A DNA stretch of 58,501 nucleotides, from assembly GCA_964437445.1 (NCBI GenBank), contig CAYTGR010000009.1:1-58501 (forward strand), written 5' to 3'. Numbering within the stretch: the stretch's first letter is position 1; every line of letters begins with the position of its first letter. Below the pieces are notes generated by a model. It made no database searches and had not been told where the DNA came from. It saw only the letters and a program-made list of their open reading frames with translations. Below are positions 32,116-42,592 of the stretch, piece after piece. The DNA comes from an uncultured Anaerolineales bacterium (GTDB lineage Bacteria; Chloroflexota; Anaerolineae; B4-G1; SLSP01). Both the position numbers and the translations under genes were made by a program.

Positions 32116-34518
32116 ATGTTAAAACGAACCTGGTGGTTACTCTGGTTATTGATCCTGCTGGCAGGCTGCGCCGGCCTGGCACAACCTGTGACCCCTTCGC
32201 CGGCTGAGACCACGATGGCCTCCCTCCCTCTGTCGCCCACCGCGACGCCGGCACCAACCGCCACCCTCCCGCCAACGCCGACCCCAACGCCTGTGCCCGG
32301 CGTGTTGCTGGCCGAGGCCGAGCAGGCCTACGCTCTCGGCGATTACGAAGCCGCCGAAGCGCGCTTCCGGCAGGCCACGGCGGCCCCGCTGGCGCCGGAG
32401 GAGCGCAGGCAGGCCGTCCTGGGCCTGGGGCGGACGTTGCTGGCGCGCGGGGTCGCCAGTGAAGCCGTGGACCTGCTCCGCGCCTATCTGGCGGCCGCGC
32501 CGGCCGATCCCGCCGCCGGTGAAGCGCACCTCCTGCTGGCCAAGGCGTTGACCGCTGCCAGCGATCCCGCCGGGGCCGCCGACGAATACCGCATAGCGCT
32601 CACCGCTTACCCGACGCTGGCAGCTTACATCAACGAATGGTTAGGCGACGCTGAACGCGCCGCCGGCCGGGACACCGGCGCAGTGGAAGCCTATGGCGCT
32701 GCGCTGGCGGCCGCCGGGCGCACCGACCAACAGGTCTTCCTGCACGAAAAGCGCGCGCTGGCTTACACCGGGCTGCTCTCCTACACCGAAGCGCTGGCCG
32801 AGTATGACGCCATTCTGGCGCTCGCACAGATCCCCGGCTACCGCGCCCGGATCGGCTACCAGGCCGCGCAGACCGCGCTCCTGGCCGGCGACAGCACTGA
32901 GGCTTACCGGCGGCTGCAAGAGATCACCCTGGCTTACCCGGATCAAACTTACGGCTACGAGGCCCTGAAGTCGCTGGTGGAAGCGGCTCAGCCGGTAGAT
33001 GACTTACTGCGCGGCAAGATTGATTACTACGCCGAGGCCTACGGTCCCGCCGTGGAAGCTTTTTACCGCTACTTGCAGGCCACGCCGGATCATACCGGCG
33101 AGGCGCATTACTACGCGGGGCTGTCCTATCTGGAGGCCGGCAGCCCCGAACTGGCGTTGAAGGAATTTGACAGCCTGCTAAAGACCCATCCCGGTGACGA
33201 CTATTGGGGCAGCGCGCTCTACCGCAAGGGGCAGGCCCTCGCGGCGTTAGGCCGGGTGGACGAGGCCATCACTGCCTACCGGGCGCTGCCGGAAGCGCTG
33301 CCGGAACATCCCCGCGCCGCGGGAGCGCTCTGGGCGGCCGCCGAGTTGCTGGAGCAGCAAGGGGACCTGGCGGGGGCCGCCGCCGGCTTCCTGGACTTAG
33401 CCGCGCGCTATCCCAACGACGAGGGCGCGCCGGAGGCCCGGTTCCGCGCCGGGCTGGATGACTACCGCGCCGGTCTGTTACCGGAGGCGCAGGCCGCCTG
33501 GCTGGATTTGACGAGCTGGTACCCGGCCCACGAGCGGGCCGCCGCCGCCGGCTACTGGTTGGGCAAGACCTTTTTACAGACCGGGGCCACCCTCAGCGCG
33601 ACCGAGGCGCTGACGCAGGTGGTAAGGGCCGCACCGTGGGATTACTACGGGCTGCGCGCGGCCGAGCTGCTGGCCGGACAGACCCCGTTCAACGATTATA
33701 GCGCGCCGCGCCCTTGTGGGACTCTGGAGGAGCAGCAGGCCACCGAGACCTGGCTGGCCGGCTGGTTGGGGATCACCCAGACGGCCACCCTGGCCACGCT
33801 CTCGCCGGAGCTCCAGGCCGACCCGCGCCTGCAACGGGGGACGTTGCTCTTGCAGCTGGGCTACTTTGACGACGGCCGCACCGAATTGGAGGCCCTGCGT
33901 GCCGCCACCGCCGCCGAGGCCCTGACCCAATACCGGCTGGCGCTCTACTTTCGCGACCTCGGGCTCTATCGCTCCTCCATCCTCGCCGCCGGGACAGTCA
34001 TCCGGCTCTCCCCGGCGACCGATTTCAGCCAGGTGCCGCGCTTCCTCGGCTGCCTGAATTACCCCACCTATTACGCGGAGCTGGTGGAGAAAGAGGCCGC
34101 CGAATTTGCGCTGCCGCCGCTCTTCACCTACGCCCTTCTACGGCAGGAGAGCCTCTTTGAAGGCGCGGCGACTTCCTACGCGGCGGCCCATGGCCTCATG
34201 CAGGTGATCCCGGAGACGGGGCAGCAAATCGCGACGGCGCTTGGCTGGCCCCCGGATTACGAGACGGCGGACCTCTACCGCCCGCTGGTCAGCGTCCGCT
34301 TCGGCACCTGGTACCTGGCCCAGCAGCGAGACCGCTTCAACGGCAACCTCTTCGTAGCGATGGCCGGCTACAACGGCGGCCCCGGCAACGCCGCTCGCTG
34401 GTGGGAAGCCGCCGGTCAGGATACCGATCTGTTCGTGGAGCTGATCGGCTTCCAGGAGACGCGCACCTACGTAGAGCGAATCACGGAGCATTACGCCCGT
34501 TACCGGTGGTTATATTAA
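32116..34518 (+). CDS. Lipoprotein with TPR repeats and a C-terminal SLT-family lytic transglycosylase domain
   Basis: Lipobox LLAGCAG after MLKRTWWLLWLLIL. A Pro/Thr-rich linker and TPR-like helical repeats follow. The SLT core is LLRQESLFEGAATSYAAAHGLMQVIPETG..YNGGPGN. The start is moved to ATG 32116 so that the signal peptide is N-terminal. Confidence 0.75.
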   Translation: MLKRTWWLLWLLILLAGCAGLAQPVTPSPAETTMASLPLSPTATPAPTATLPPTPTPTPVPGVLLAEAEQAYALGDYEAAEARFRQATAAPLAPEERRQAVLGLGRTLLARGVASEAVDLLRAYLAAAPADPAAGEAHLLLAKALTAASDPAGAADEYRIALTAYPTLAAYINEWLGDAERAAGRDTGAVEAYGAALAAAGRTDQQVFLHEKRALAYTGLLSYTEALAEYDAILALAQIPGYRARIGYQAAQTALLAGDSTEAYRRLQEITLAYPDQTYGYEALKSLVEAAQPVDDLLRGKIDYYAEAYGPAVEAFYRYLQATPDHTGEAHYYAGLSYLEAGSPELALKEFDSLLKTHPGDDYWGSALYRKGQALAALGRVDEAITAYRALPEALPEHPRAAGALWAAAELLEQQGDLAGAAAGFLDLAARYPNDEGAPEARFRAGLDDYRAGLLPEAQAAWLDLTSWYPAHERAAAAGYWLGKTFLQTGATLSATEALTQVVRAAPWDYYGLRAAELLAGQTPFNDYSAPRPCGTLEEQQATETWLAGWLGITQTATLATLSPELQADPRLQRGTLLLQLGYFDDGRTELEALRAATAAEALTQYRLALYFRDLGLYRSSILAAGTVIRLSPATDFSQVPRFLGCLNYPTYYAELVEKEAAEFALPPLFTYALLRQESLFEGAATSYAAAHGLMQVIPETGQQIATALGWPPDYETADLYRPLVSVRFGTWYLAQQRDRFNGNLFVAMAGYNGGPGNAARWWEAAGQDTDLFVELIGFQETRTYVERITEHYARYRWLY

Positions 34519-34805
34519 CCCAAGTTGCTACCTTATCGTTGGCAGGGGGCATTTTCTCTTTTGACCACTGACCACAAGACCGCAGACCACTCTATTTTAA
34601 CCGCCGGGGTCTGTGGTCAGTCGTCCGTGGTCTCCTGGCAGTGCAGGTGGCAATTTGAGTTATATTACCCCACTGGCAGCACCCCACCCACGAGCTGACT
34701 GCAAACAGCCCGCCAGCTCACGCTAAGGCGCAAGGCCCGCACGGGTTTTCTTGTCACCAGAGGGTACCCGGCGTCCTGGCGTGAGACTTTTTTCAGCGAG
34801 GTCTT

Positions 34806-35192
34806 TTAACCTTCCCCGGCCAGCGCAATCGCTTCAATCTCCACCAAGCCGCCCCGGGGCAGCGCGGCGACCTGCACGGCCGAGCGCGCCGGCGGTGCGC
34901 CGGGGAAAAACTCGGCGTAAACGGCGTTGACAATCTGGAAATCGGCCATATCGGCCAGGAAGACAGTGGTTTTGACCACCCGGTCCAGCCCACTGCCGGC
35001 GGCCTCTAAGATGGCCCGGAGGTTGCACAGCGCCTGCCGGGCCTGGGTGGCGACATCCGGCCCGGCAAACTGCATGGTAGCAGGGTCCAGCCCCAGCTGG
35101 CCGGCAGTGAAAACCAGGCCGCCGGCCTGGATGCCCTGTGAATAAGGGCCGATGGCCTGCGGCGCGTCGGGGGTAACAATCACAGTTCTCAT
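34806..35192 (-). CDS. ridA: RidA/YjgF-family reactive-intermediate deaminase
   Basis: APQAIGPYSQGIQAGGLVFTAGQ..TVFLADMADF..NAVYAEFF matches the RidA signature. Confidence 0.85.
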   Translation of the reverse strand: MRTVIVTPDAPQAIGPYSQGIQAGGLVFTAGQLGLDPATMQFAGPDVATQARQALCNLRAILEAAGSGLDRVVKTTVFLADMADFQIVNAVYAEFFPGAPPARSAVQVAALPRGGLVEIEAIALAGEG

Positions 35193-35313
35193 GCGTGCCT
35201 CCCTGAAGAGAGTTCAATCGTCGCTTAGTCACCCGGTCAGTTGCCCGTGGAACGCGAACTTCAGTCCGCCATGCCCATCCCACCACCGGCAAACACCAGG
35301 GACATGGCGGACC

Positions 35314-36285
35314 CTAAAGCTCCGACGTCGTCTTCACAAAATCCAGCACTTCGTCAAGATAGGCAAACGCCAGGGCAGTCACGGTATCGGCGCCGCCGTA
35401 ATAGATGGCGATTCGTCCCGTGTCTGCATCATAGAGCGCCGCACAGGGGAACGCCACGTTCGGCACGTCGCCAACACATTCATAGTAAGTCTGCGGGGAA
35501 AGAAGGTAGGGCCCCCCCCGATAAATCACCTTCCAGGGCTGATCCAGGTCAAGCAGAGCCGCGCCAAAGCTGTAAACGAAGCCGTTGCAGGAAGTCAGTA
35601 CCCCGTGGTAAAACAACAGCCACCCTTCAGGGGTCTCAATCGGAATCGGCCCGGCGCCAATTTTCGTGCTCTGCCATCCCCCTTTAACCCCCATCACAAA
35701 ACGGTGCTGCCCCCAATGGACCAGGTCCGGGCTTTGGCTGACATAAATATCCCCAAAGGGGGTGTGGCCGTTATCGCTGGGCCGGCTGAGCATAAAGTAC
35801 CGGTCATGGATCCGCCGGGGGAATAATACACCATTGCGGTTAAACGGCAAGAAGGCATTTTCAAGGAAATAAAAGTCGTTGAAATCAAAGGTGTAGCCGA
35901 TGCCGATGGTCGGGCCATGATAGCCATTGCACCAGGTCACATAATAACGGTCCTCCAGCCAGACCACGCGCGGATCATAGCGATATTGGAAGCGGCCGAT
36001 TTCAGGATCGTCACACTGCCACACAATCGGATCGTTATCCAGCTGCCAATCTATGCCGTTCTGGCTGAAACCGCGATGCAGGTTCATGTCGCGTTTTTTG
36101 TTATCGCAGCGAAAGACACCGGCAAAATGGCCTTGAAACGGTACGACGGCGCTATTGAAAATACTGTTGGACGAGGGAATCAAATTACGAGGAATAATCG
36201 GGTTAGCACTGTACCGCCAGACCACATCAGAACAGCCCGCAGGTCGCTCTTCCCAGGGCAAATGAGAGAGGGGTGAATTCATCAT
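35314..36285 (-). CDS. Glycoside hydrolase family 130 (beta-mannoside phosphorylase or hydrolase-like)
   Basis: [56 protein letters not shown] is the GH130 five-bladed propeller signature. An AGGAGG SD is present. Confidence 0.8.
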   Translation of the reverse strand: MMNSPLSHLPWEERPAGCSDVVWRYSANPIIPRNLIPSSNSIFNSAVVPFQGHFAGVFRCDNKKRDMNLHRGFSQNGIDWQLDNDPIVWQCDDPEIGRFQYRYDPRVVWLEDRYYVTWCNGYHGPTIGIGYTFDFNDFYFLENAFLPFNRNGVLFPRRIHDRYFMLSRPSDNGHTPFGDIYVSQSPDLVHWGQHRFVMGVKGGWQSTKIGAGPIPIETPEGWLLFYHGVLTSCNGFVYSFGAALLDLDQPWKVIYRGGPYLLSPQTYYECVGDVPNVAFPCAALYDADTGRIAIYYGGADTVTALAFAYLDEVLDFVKTTSEL

Positions 36286-36330
36286 GGTAAACCTCCTGAT
36301 AAGAAAATTTGTTTTTTTATCACAAAGTAG

Positions 36331-36359
36331 TTGACTTGTACCAGAAAATCTGGTATAAT
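36331..36359 (+). promoter_or_regulatory. Consensus sigma70 promoter with extended -10 (TTGACT-N17-TGgTATAAT) upstream of the LacI-family gene
   Basis: ttgacttgtaccagaaaatctggtataat. The palindromic operator at 36409-36422 lies in the 5' UTR. Confidence 0.6.
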
Positions 36360-36408
36360 AAGTACCGGTAACGAAACGGAAAAAATCCGTTTTTTTTAAG
36401 CCATCAAT

Positions 36409-36422
36409 TGGGAGCGCTCCCA
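36409..36422. promoter_or_regulatory. Perfect 14-bp palindrome TGGGAGCGCTCCCA, a putative LacI-family operator between divergent GH130 and lacI-family genes
   Basis: Perfect dyad centred on AGCGCT. The same GGGAGCGCTCC core recurs at 37542-37553 and 37700-37710, upstream of the ABC substrate-binding gene. Confidence 0.55.
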
Positions 36423-36440
36423 GATATTATAGCATATAAC

Positions 36441-37502
36441 ATGGACAAGCGCAATCACTCCAAGGCAGGACACTATGTAACCGAGCTGACGCTGGAAGAC
36501 GTCGCAAGACAGGCCGGCGTCTCTCGCTCCACTGTCTCGCGAGTGGTGAACAACCATCCTGATGTGCGTGAAGATGTGCGGAAACATGTGCTGGAAATCA
36601 TTCAGAATACCGGCTATCACCCTCATGCGGCAGCACGCGCGTTGGCCTCACAACGGTCAGGGACGATTGGCCTGGTATTGCCCCATAGCGTGAGTTTCTT
36701 TTTTACCGACCCCTACTTTCCCCACCTGGTCAAAGGGGTCGCCCAGGGGTGTAACCAATACGATTATACCTTAGCGTTCTTTCTTGGCGGCACCAAAGAG
36801 GACGAGAAGAAGATCTTTCCGCGTGTCGCCCGCAGTGGTCTGGTAGATGGGGTTTTGGTCCAGGCCGGTCACCACGGCGACCAGTGGATTGTGGGACGCT
36901 TAATTGATTCCAACATGCCGTTGGTCATTATCGGTCGCCCATTCCAGGGCGAAGGGGTGAGTTATATTGATATTGATAACGTCAAAGCCGCCTACAACGC
37001 CGTGAGTTACCTGGTCCGGTTGGGATACCAACGCATCGGGACCATTGCCGGCCCGGCCAATAGCACCGTTGGCCTGGATCGCAAGGCCGGCTATCTGAAA
37101 GCTTTGACGGAAAGTGGGCTGGAAATTGATCAGGCCCTGATTACCGAGGGTGATTTTACCGAGGTGGGGGGCTATGAAGCCATGACGCGCTTGTTGAGCG
37201 CCAGGCCGAACGCGATCTTTGCGGCCTCTGACATTATGGCTATCGGGGCCATGCGGGCAGCGCGCGATGCCGGCCTGAAGATTCCACAAGACATTGCCTT
37301 TATCGGGTTTGATGATCTGCCCATCGCGGTTTTGTCAGACATTAAGTTGACCACCGTTCGACAGCCGGTCGTTCAATTCGGCGTCAAAGCGGTTGAGCTC
37401 CTGATAGACCTGCTGGAAAATGGCGTCAACCCGCCACGCCGGATTATCATGGATACGGAACTCATTGTCCGCGAATCTTGCGGGGGCGTCCAGAGACAAT
37501 AA
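36441..37502 (+). CDS. LacI-family transcriptional regulator
   Basis: HTH LEDVARQAGVSRSTVSRVVNN and a periplasmic-binding-fold sugar-binding core. The start is ambiguous (TTG 36408 or ATG 36441). Confidence 0.85.
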   Translation: MDKRNHSKAGHYVTELTLEDVARQAGVSRSTVSRVVNNHPDVREDVRKHVLEIIQNTGYHPHAAARALASQRSGTIGLVLPHSVSFFFTDPYFPHLVKGVAQGCNQYDYTLAFFLGGTKEDEKKIFPRVARSGLVDGVLVQAGHHGDQWIVGRLIDSNMPLVIIGRPFQGEGVSYIDIDNVKAAYNAVSYLVRLGYQRIGTIAGPANSTVGLDRKAGYLKALTESGLEIDQALITEGDFTEVGGYEAMTRLLSARPNAIFAASDIMAIGAMRAARDAGLKIPQDIAFIGFDDLPIAVLSDIKLTTVRQPVVQFGVKAVELLIDLLENGVNPPRRIIMDTELIVRESCGGVQRQ

Positions 37503-37536
37503 AAAAAACCTCGTAGAGGGGATTGTTTTTTACGTT

Positions 37537-37551
37537 GCGCCGGGAGCGCTC
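37537..37551. promoter_or_regulatory. Operator-like half-palindrome GCGCCGGGAGCGCTC (copy 2)
   Basis: The same 15-mer recurs at 37695-37709. It shares the core with the 36409 palindrome. Confidence 0.4.
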
Positions 37552-37694
37552 TCATTAAATTATCATGCTCCGTTTTTGCAGAAGAGAAGGGATCGCAGCT
37601 TAGAAAGTGCATAAAAGCTCCCAACTCTCAGAGGGCATTCACAAGTCTGGTGTGCGTCTCAAGAGCGATAGGCAGGAGTGGCTTTTTTTAGGCC

Positions 37695-37715
37695 GCGCCG
37701 GGAGCGCTCCTGGGA
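37695..37715. promoter_or_regulatory. Operator-like palindrome CCGGGAGCGCTCCTGGG (copy 3), about 140 nt upstream of the substrate-binding gene
   Basis: GGGAGCGCTCC core with imperfect extended dyad. Confidence 0.4.
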
Positions 37716-37851
37716 CCGCTTGATTCTTGGGGATAGCAAAAATTCGTGACGGATAAGTGTGGAAGGAGGTGATACACAATTCACTGTGCCGATCAAATAA
37801 GGTCTAAGCTTATTTTCCATCATTCCCATAAACCAAAAGGAGTAAGGAGAA

Positions 37852-39669
37852 ATGAAACGCGCATTGACTGTTCTGTCTATCCTGGCTGTCTTCAGCCTGC
37901 TGCTGACAGCCTGCGGGACTACCCCGACCGCAGCCCCGGCTACCACTGAAGCCCCGGCCACCACGCAAGCTCCGGCCAAGACCGAAGCGCCCGCTACGAC
38001 TGAGGCTCCCTCCACCCCGGCCCCGACCGAGGCTCCCGCCACCCCCACCGAATACCCGCGCAATGAGACCATCTATGTGAGCGGCGCGGCCTGGGGTCCG
38101 GCTTCCACCTGGAATCCCTTCCAGCCCGGCTCGCTGGCCAACACCACCGGCAGCATCGGCTTCGTCTACGAGTTCCTCTTCAACTACGATCCGCTGACCG
38201 GCAAGTTTATCCCCTGGCTGGCGGAGAGCGGCAAATGGACCGACGCCACCACCTATGAAGTCGTGCTGCGCAAGGGCCTGACCTGGAGCGATGGCAAGCC
38301 GTTGACGGCCGATGATGTCAAGTTCACCTTTGAACTGGGGCAGAAGTACAGCGCCCTCTGGTTCGCGCCCCTCTGGACCAACACCGGTCTGAAGAGCGTC
38401 GAAGCCGTGGATGATACGCACCTGAAATTCACCCTGCAAGATCCGCTCTACCAGGAATGGGACAACTATCTGTTCAACCTGCCCATCGTTCCCAAGCACC
38501 TGTGGGAAGGCCGGACCGAGGAAGAAGTGACCGTCGGCGCCAATGAGAAACCGGTCGGCTCTGGGGCCTATATGTACCTGACCAACGCTGAAGACCGCAA
38601 CGTCTGGGTGCGCAACGACAACTGGTGGGGCATCAGCGTCTTCGGCAAGCCCGCGCCCAAGTATATCGTGGACATCCGCACCTCCAGCAACAACGTCGCT
38701 CTGGGCATGGTCATCAAAGGCGAACTGGATCTGAGCAACAACTTCCTGCCGGGTATTGCGACACTGGCCGATAAGGGCTATGTCAAGACCTTCTATGCCC
38801 AGCCCCCTTACATGCTCTCGGCCAACACCGCCGTGCTGTTCCTGAACACCACCAAGAAACCGATGGACGATGCCGCCTTCCGCAAGGCGCTGGCCTTCGC
38901 CATTGACGTGCCTTCCATCGTCAATGTTGCGTATGCCAATCTGGTCAAGGCCGCCAGCCCCTCTGGTTTGCTGCCCACCCTGAGCAAGTACGAAGATCAG
39001 GCCGTGCTGGCGAAACTGGGGTACACTTTTGACACGGCCAAAGCCAAGCAAATCCTGGCCGATGCCGGCTACAAGGATGTAAACGGCGATGGGTTTGTGG
39101 AAGCTCCCGATGGCTCCAAGATTGAACTGGAGGTCACCTGCCCGAGCGGTTGGACCGACTGGATGGCCGCGATTGACATCATCGCCACCAGCGCTCAGGC
39201 CGCCGGGATCAACATCAAGTCGGCCTACCCCGATTACGGCGCCTGGAACACGGCGCTGCAGGGCGGCACGTTTGATATGACCCTGAACAACTGGGCGCAA
39301 ATGAGCAATACGCCCTGGACGCTGTACAACCTGTTGTTCCGGCACCCGATTCAGGAGCAAATGCAAAGCGGTAACTTCGGCCGCTACGCCAACCAGCAGA
39401 TGTTTGACCTGGTGGATGCCCTGGCTAAAGTGCCGACCGACGATGAGGCGGGTATGAAGGCCGCTTGCTCCAAGATCCAGGAACTGATGCTGACCGACAT
39501 GCCCATGATCCCGCTCTGGTATAACGGCCTGTGGGCGCAGTTCAGTGAGTCCTCCTGGACGAACTGGCCCAGTGAGAACAACGCGGTGTCCCTGCCGACC
39601 ACCTGGTCCGGGTACTGGCAGATGGGCGGCCTGCAAACGCTCCTCAATCTGAAGCCGGTAACGCCCTAA
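37852..39669 (+). CDS. ABC transporter substrate-binding lipoprotein, family 5 (oligopeptide/oligosaccharide DppA/OppA-like)
   Basis: Lipobox LLLTACGT, a Pro/Thr/Ala-rich linker and the SBP_bac_5 fold. 605 aa. Strong SD. Confidence 0.85.
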   Translation: MKRALTVLSILAVFSLLLTACGTTPTAAPATTEAPATTQAPAKTEAPATTEAPSTPAPTEAPATPTEYPRNETIYVSGAAWGPASTWNPFQPGSLANTTGSIGFVYEFLFNYDPLTGKFIPWLAESGKWTDATTYEVVLRKGLTWSDGKPLTADDVKFTFELGQKYSALWFAPLWTNTGLKSVEAVDDTHLKFTLQDPLYQEWDNYLFNLPIVPKHLWEGRTEEEVTVGANEKPVGSGAYMYLTNAEDRNVWVRNDNWWGISVFGKPAPKYIVDIRTSSNNVALGMVIKGELDLSNNFLPGIATLADKGYVKTFYAQPPYMLSANTAVLFLNTTKKPMDDAAFRKALAFAIDVPSIVNVAYANLVKAASPSGLLPTLSKYEDQAVLAKLGYTFDTAKAKQILADAGYKDVNGDGFVEAPDGSKIELEVTCPSGWTDWMAAIDIIATSAQAAGINIKSAYPDYGAWNTALQGGTFDMTLNNWAQMSNTPWTLYNLLFRHPIQEQMQSGNFGRYANQQMFDLVDALAKVPTDDEAGMKAACSKIQELMLTDMPMIPLWYNGLWAQFSESSWTNWPSENNAVSLPTTWSGYWQMGGLQTLLNLKPVTP

Positions 39670-39771
39670 CCCTCTAACATCAGGTTAAGTCAAGCCGCCC
39701 CTCCTGGGCTGCTCAGGTCGGGAGGGGCGGCACTGTAAAGTAGTAATGACTCGTGACACCGAGGAGCGCTT

Positions 39772-40770
39772 ATGAAGAAATATTTTGGCCGGAAAATTGT
39801 GATTTATCTGCTCACTTTTTTTCTGGCGGTAACCATTGATTGGATGATTCCGCGTTTTATGCCCGGCGACCCGATCCGCAACATGTTGACCCGGGTCTCG
39901 GTCAGTTCCAACCCCAGCGCTATTCAGATGATGTATGACTACTATGCGCATTTGTTTGGGCTGGACCTCCCTATCTGGCAACAATATCTCAATTTCTGGC
40001 AAGCCCTGTTCAAAGGCGACCTGGGGATCAGCACGTATCTCTTTCCTACCCCGGTGAAGCAAGTGCTTTTGCGAGCCGTCCCCTACGATCTTCTGCTGCT
40101 CATCCCGGCCATTCTGTTGGCCTGGTATACAGGCAACAAATTCGGGGCCTTCGCCGCCCGCTCAAAATGGCTGGACAACACCATTTCGCCTGTTTCCTAC
40201 GTGCTCACGGCCACACCTTATATGTGGTTGGGCATTCTGTTGGCCTGGCTCTTTGGCATTGTTTTGGGGATTTTCCCGATTGCCGGCGCCTATGCTTTTT
40301 CTTTGCGGCCCACTTTTTCTCTCAAATTCATTTTGAGCGCCCTGCACCACTGGTTCTTGCCTTTCATCTCTATCTTCATGGTTGGATTTGGTGGCTGGTC
40401 CATTGGTATGCGCAATATGATTATTTATGAACTGGAATCAGATTATTCCCACTACCTGACCACGTTAGGGGCGCCCAAAAAGTTGATCCGCCGGTATGCC
40501 TTCAACAATGCGGTGCTCCCCCAAATTACCGGTCTGGCCCTGCAGTTGGGCGTTGTGGTAGCCGGCGCCCTGGTCACGGAAGTGGTATTTTCGTATCCGG
40601 GCATCGGGTATCTGCTCCTGGCAGCCATTCAGAATCAGGACTACTTTCTCATCCAGGGGTGTTTCCTGTTCATCATCATCGGCGTCCTGCTGGCGAATTT
40701 CACCCTGGATGTCATCTACGTGCTGGTTGACCCGCGTACCCGCCGCGGCATGACAGGAGAGACAGCATGA
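39772..40770 (+). CDS. ABC transporter permease (DppB/OppB-like)
   Basis: 6 TM helices and a BPD_transp_1 EAA-like loop. 4-nt overlap with the next permease gene. Confidence 0.85.
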   Translation: MKKYFGRKIVIYLLTFFLAVTIDWMIPRFMPGDPIRNMLTRVSVSSNPSAIQMMYDYYAHLFGLDLPIWQQYLNFWQALFKGDLGISTYLFPTPVKQVLLRAVPYDLLLLIPAILLAWYTGNKFGAFAARSKWLDNTISPVSYVLTATPYMWLGILLAWLFGIVLGIFPIAGAYAFSLRPTFSLKFILSALHHWFLPFISIFMVGFGGWSIGMRNMIIYELESDYSHYLTTLGAPKKLIRRYAFNNAVLPQITGLALQLGVVVAGALVTEVVFSYPGIGYLLLAAIQNQDYFLIQGCFLFIIIGVLLANFTLDVIYVLVDPRTRRGMTGETA

Positions 40771-41627
40771 GCACACAGAAGAAGAAAAACGAATTTCTCT
40801 ACTTTGGTCTGCGCAACAAAAAACTCCTGGTGGGGTCAGCCATCATCCTTTTCTTCCTCATCCTGAGCCTGGTAGGGCCATGGTTGGCGCAAAACGATCC
40901 CTTTAAGTTTGTCAATCCGCTGGGGGCGGAGGCCCCTTCTTCTAAGTACTGGTTCGGCACGACCTTTTTCGGGCAGGATGTCTTTTCCCAGTTTGTCAAT
41001 GGCCTGCGCGCCACCTTTGTAGTGGGCCTCATTGGCGGCGGGTTAGGCACGCTCCTGGGGATACTGATTGGCTTTACGGCCGGTTATCGGGGGGGTCTCG
41101 TAGATGAAGTGCTCAACGCGCTGACCAACATCGTGCTGGTAATCCCCACGCTGGCCGTGCTGCTGATTGTTGCGGCCTACCTGAAGGTACGCAGTGTCTG
41201 GACGGAATGCCTGTTCATCGGGTTCACCGCTTGGCCCTGGGTGGCCAGAGCCATCCGCGCCCAGACCTTTTCCCTGCGCACGCGGGATTTCGTTGACCTG
41301 GCCCGGATGAGTGGGATGAAAGCCACTCAAATCATCTTCCGGGAAATCGCCCCGAACATGATGTCTTACTTGCTGCTGGTATTCATCCTGCAATTCGGGG
41401 GCGCCATCCTCACGGCGGCCACGCTGGATTTCATCGGCCTGGGACCAACCAACGCGATTTCGCTGGGCTTGATGATGCAATATGCGGTCCTCTGGGGCGC
41501 TTTGCAACTGGGGATCTGGTGGTGGTTTATTCCACCCGGCCTGGCGATCACCGCCATCGTCGGCGCGCTGTACAGCATGAACGTAGGCCTGGACGAAGTC
41601 TTCAATCCTAAGTTGAGGGAGATGTAG
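40767..41627 (+). CDS. ABC transporter permease (DppC/OppC-like)
   Basis: N-terminal OppC_N-like region plus 5-6 TM helices. Confidence 0.85.
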   Translation: MSTQKKKNEFLYFGLRNKKLLVGSAIILFFLILSLVGPWLAQNDPFKFVNPLGAEAPSSKYWFGTTFFGQDVFSQFVNGLRATFVVGLIGGGLGTLLGILIGFTAGYRGGLVDEVLNALTNIVLVIPTLAVLLIVAAYLKVRSVWTECLFIGFTAWPWVARAIRAQTFSLRTRDFVDLARMSGMKATQIIFREIAPNMMSYLLLVFILQFGGAILTAATLDFIGLGPTNAISLGLMMQYAVLWGALQLGIWWWFIPPGLAITAIVGALYSMNVGLDEVFNPKLREM

Positions 41628-41629
41628 CC

Positions 41630-42592
41630 ATGGCTTTGCAAGTAGAAAATCTCACCCTCTACTATCAAACGCTGCGCGGTGATGTGCACGCGCTGGAAAA
41701 TGCCACGTTCACAATCGGGGACGGTGAAATCATGGGACTGGCCGGCGAATCGGGCTGCGGCAAAACCACCCTGGGGCATGGTTTGATTCTGCTGGTCCCG
41801 CCCATGAAATATGTGACGGGTCAAGTGACGCTGGACGGTGAGCCGCTCCCCATCTGGGATACCGACAAGATGGATGCCTTCCGCTTCAGCCGGATCTCCA
41901 TCATCCCCCAGTATGCGATGAACGCCATGAACCCTATCCGCAAAATTGGGAAGATGATTGAGGAACTGCTGACCGCCAAAAAAGTGGATTATCAGGCCAT
42001 GCTCCCGGAACTAAAGCGCCGGTTGGACCTGGTCAAATTGCCGCATGAAGTGCTCAAGATGTATCCCATTGAGTTATCGGGCGGGATGAAGCAACGCATG
42101 GTGATGGTCATCTCTTCACTCCTGGACCCTTCCCTGCTGATCGCCGACGAGATCACTTCGGCCCTGGATGTCGCCAGCCAGAAAGCCGTGGCCGAGATGT
42201 TAGTGGAATTCCGTGACCAGGGTTGCTGCAAAAGCGCCATGGTCATCACCCACGATATTTCCATCCTCTACCAGATTGCCGACAGCATCCTGATCATGTA
42301 TGCCGGGCAACTGGCCGAGAAGGCGACTACCACCACCATTATCCACGCTCCCCGCCACCCCTACACCCAACTGCTGATCTCCTCTCTGCCCGAAATCGGC
42401 GTCAAATACACCGACCGGAGACTGAGCGGCATCCCGGGCAAGCCGCCGCTGCTCCTCGACCCCCCCACCGGTTGCCGGTTCAAGGCGCGCTGTCCGGTGG
42501 CTTTTGAAAAATGCAACGAGGTCCCGCCCTTGATTGAAGTTGAACCCGGTCATTTCATTGCTTGCTGGAAGGAGACTGAACGCCATGCTTAA
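41630..42592 (+). CDS. ABC transporter ATP-binding protein (DppD/OppD-like)
   Basis: Walker A GESGCGKTT, signature LSGGMKQR, Walker B LLIADE, and a C-terminal oligopeptide-ABC extension with Cys pairs. Confidence 0.88.
   Translation: MALQVENLTLYYQTLRGDVHALENATFTIGDGEIMGLAGESGCGKTTLGHGLILLVPPMKYVTGQVTLDGEPLPIWDTDKMDAFRFSRISIIPQYAMNAMNPIRKIGKMIEELLTAKKVDYQAMLPELKRRLDLVKLPHEVLKMYPIELSGGMKQRMVMVISSLLDPSLLIADEITSALDVASQKAVAEMLVEFRDQGCCKSAMVITHDISILYQIADSILIMYAGQLAEKATTTTIIHAPRHPYTQLLISSLPEIGVKYTDRRLSGIPGKPPLLLDPPTGCRFKARCPVAFEKCNEVPPLIEVEPGHFIACWKETERHA

Noticed and set aside
36409-36422. GGGAGCGCTCCC considered as a restriction-modification target or generic REP.
   Set aside because: It is restricted to the promoter regions of the LacI-regulated locus in this window. 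An operator role fits better. The genome-wide frequency is unknown.
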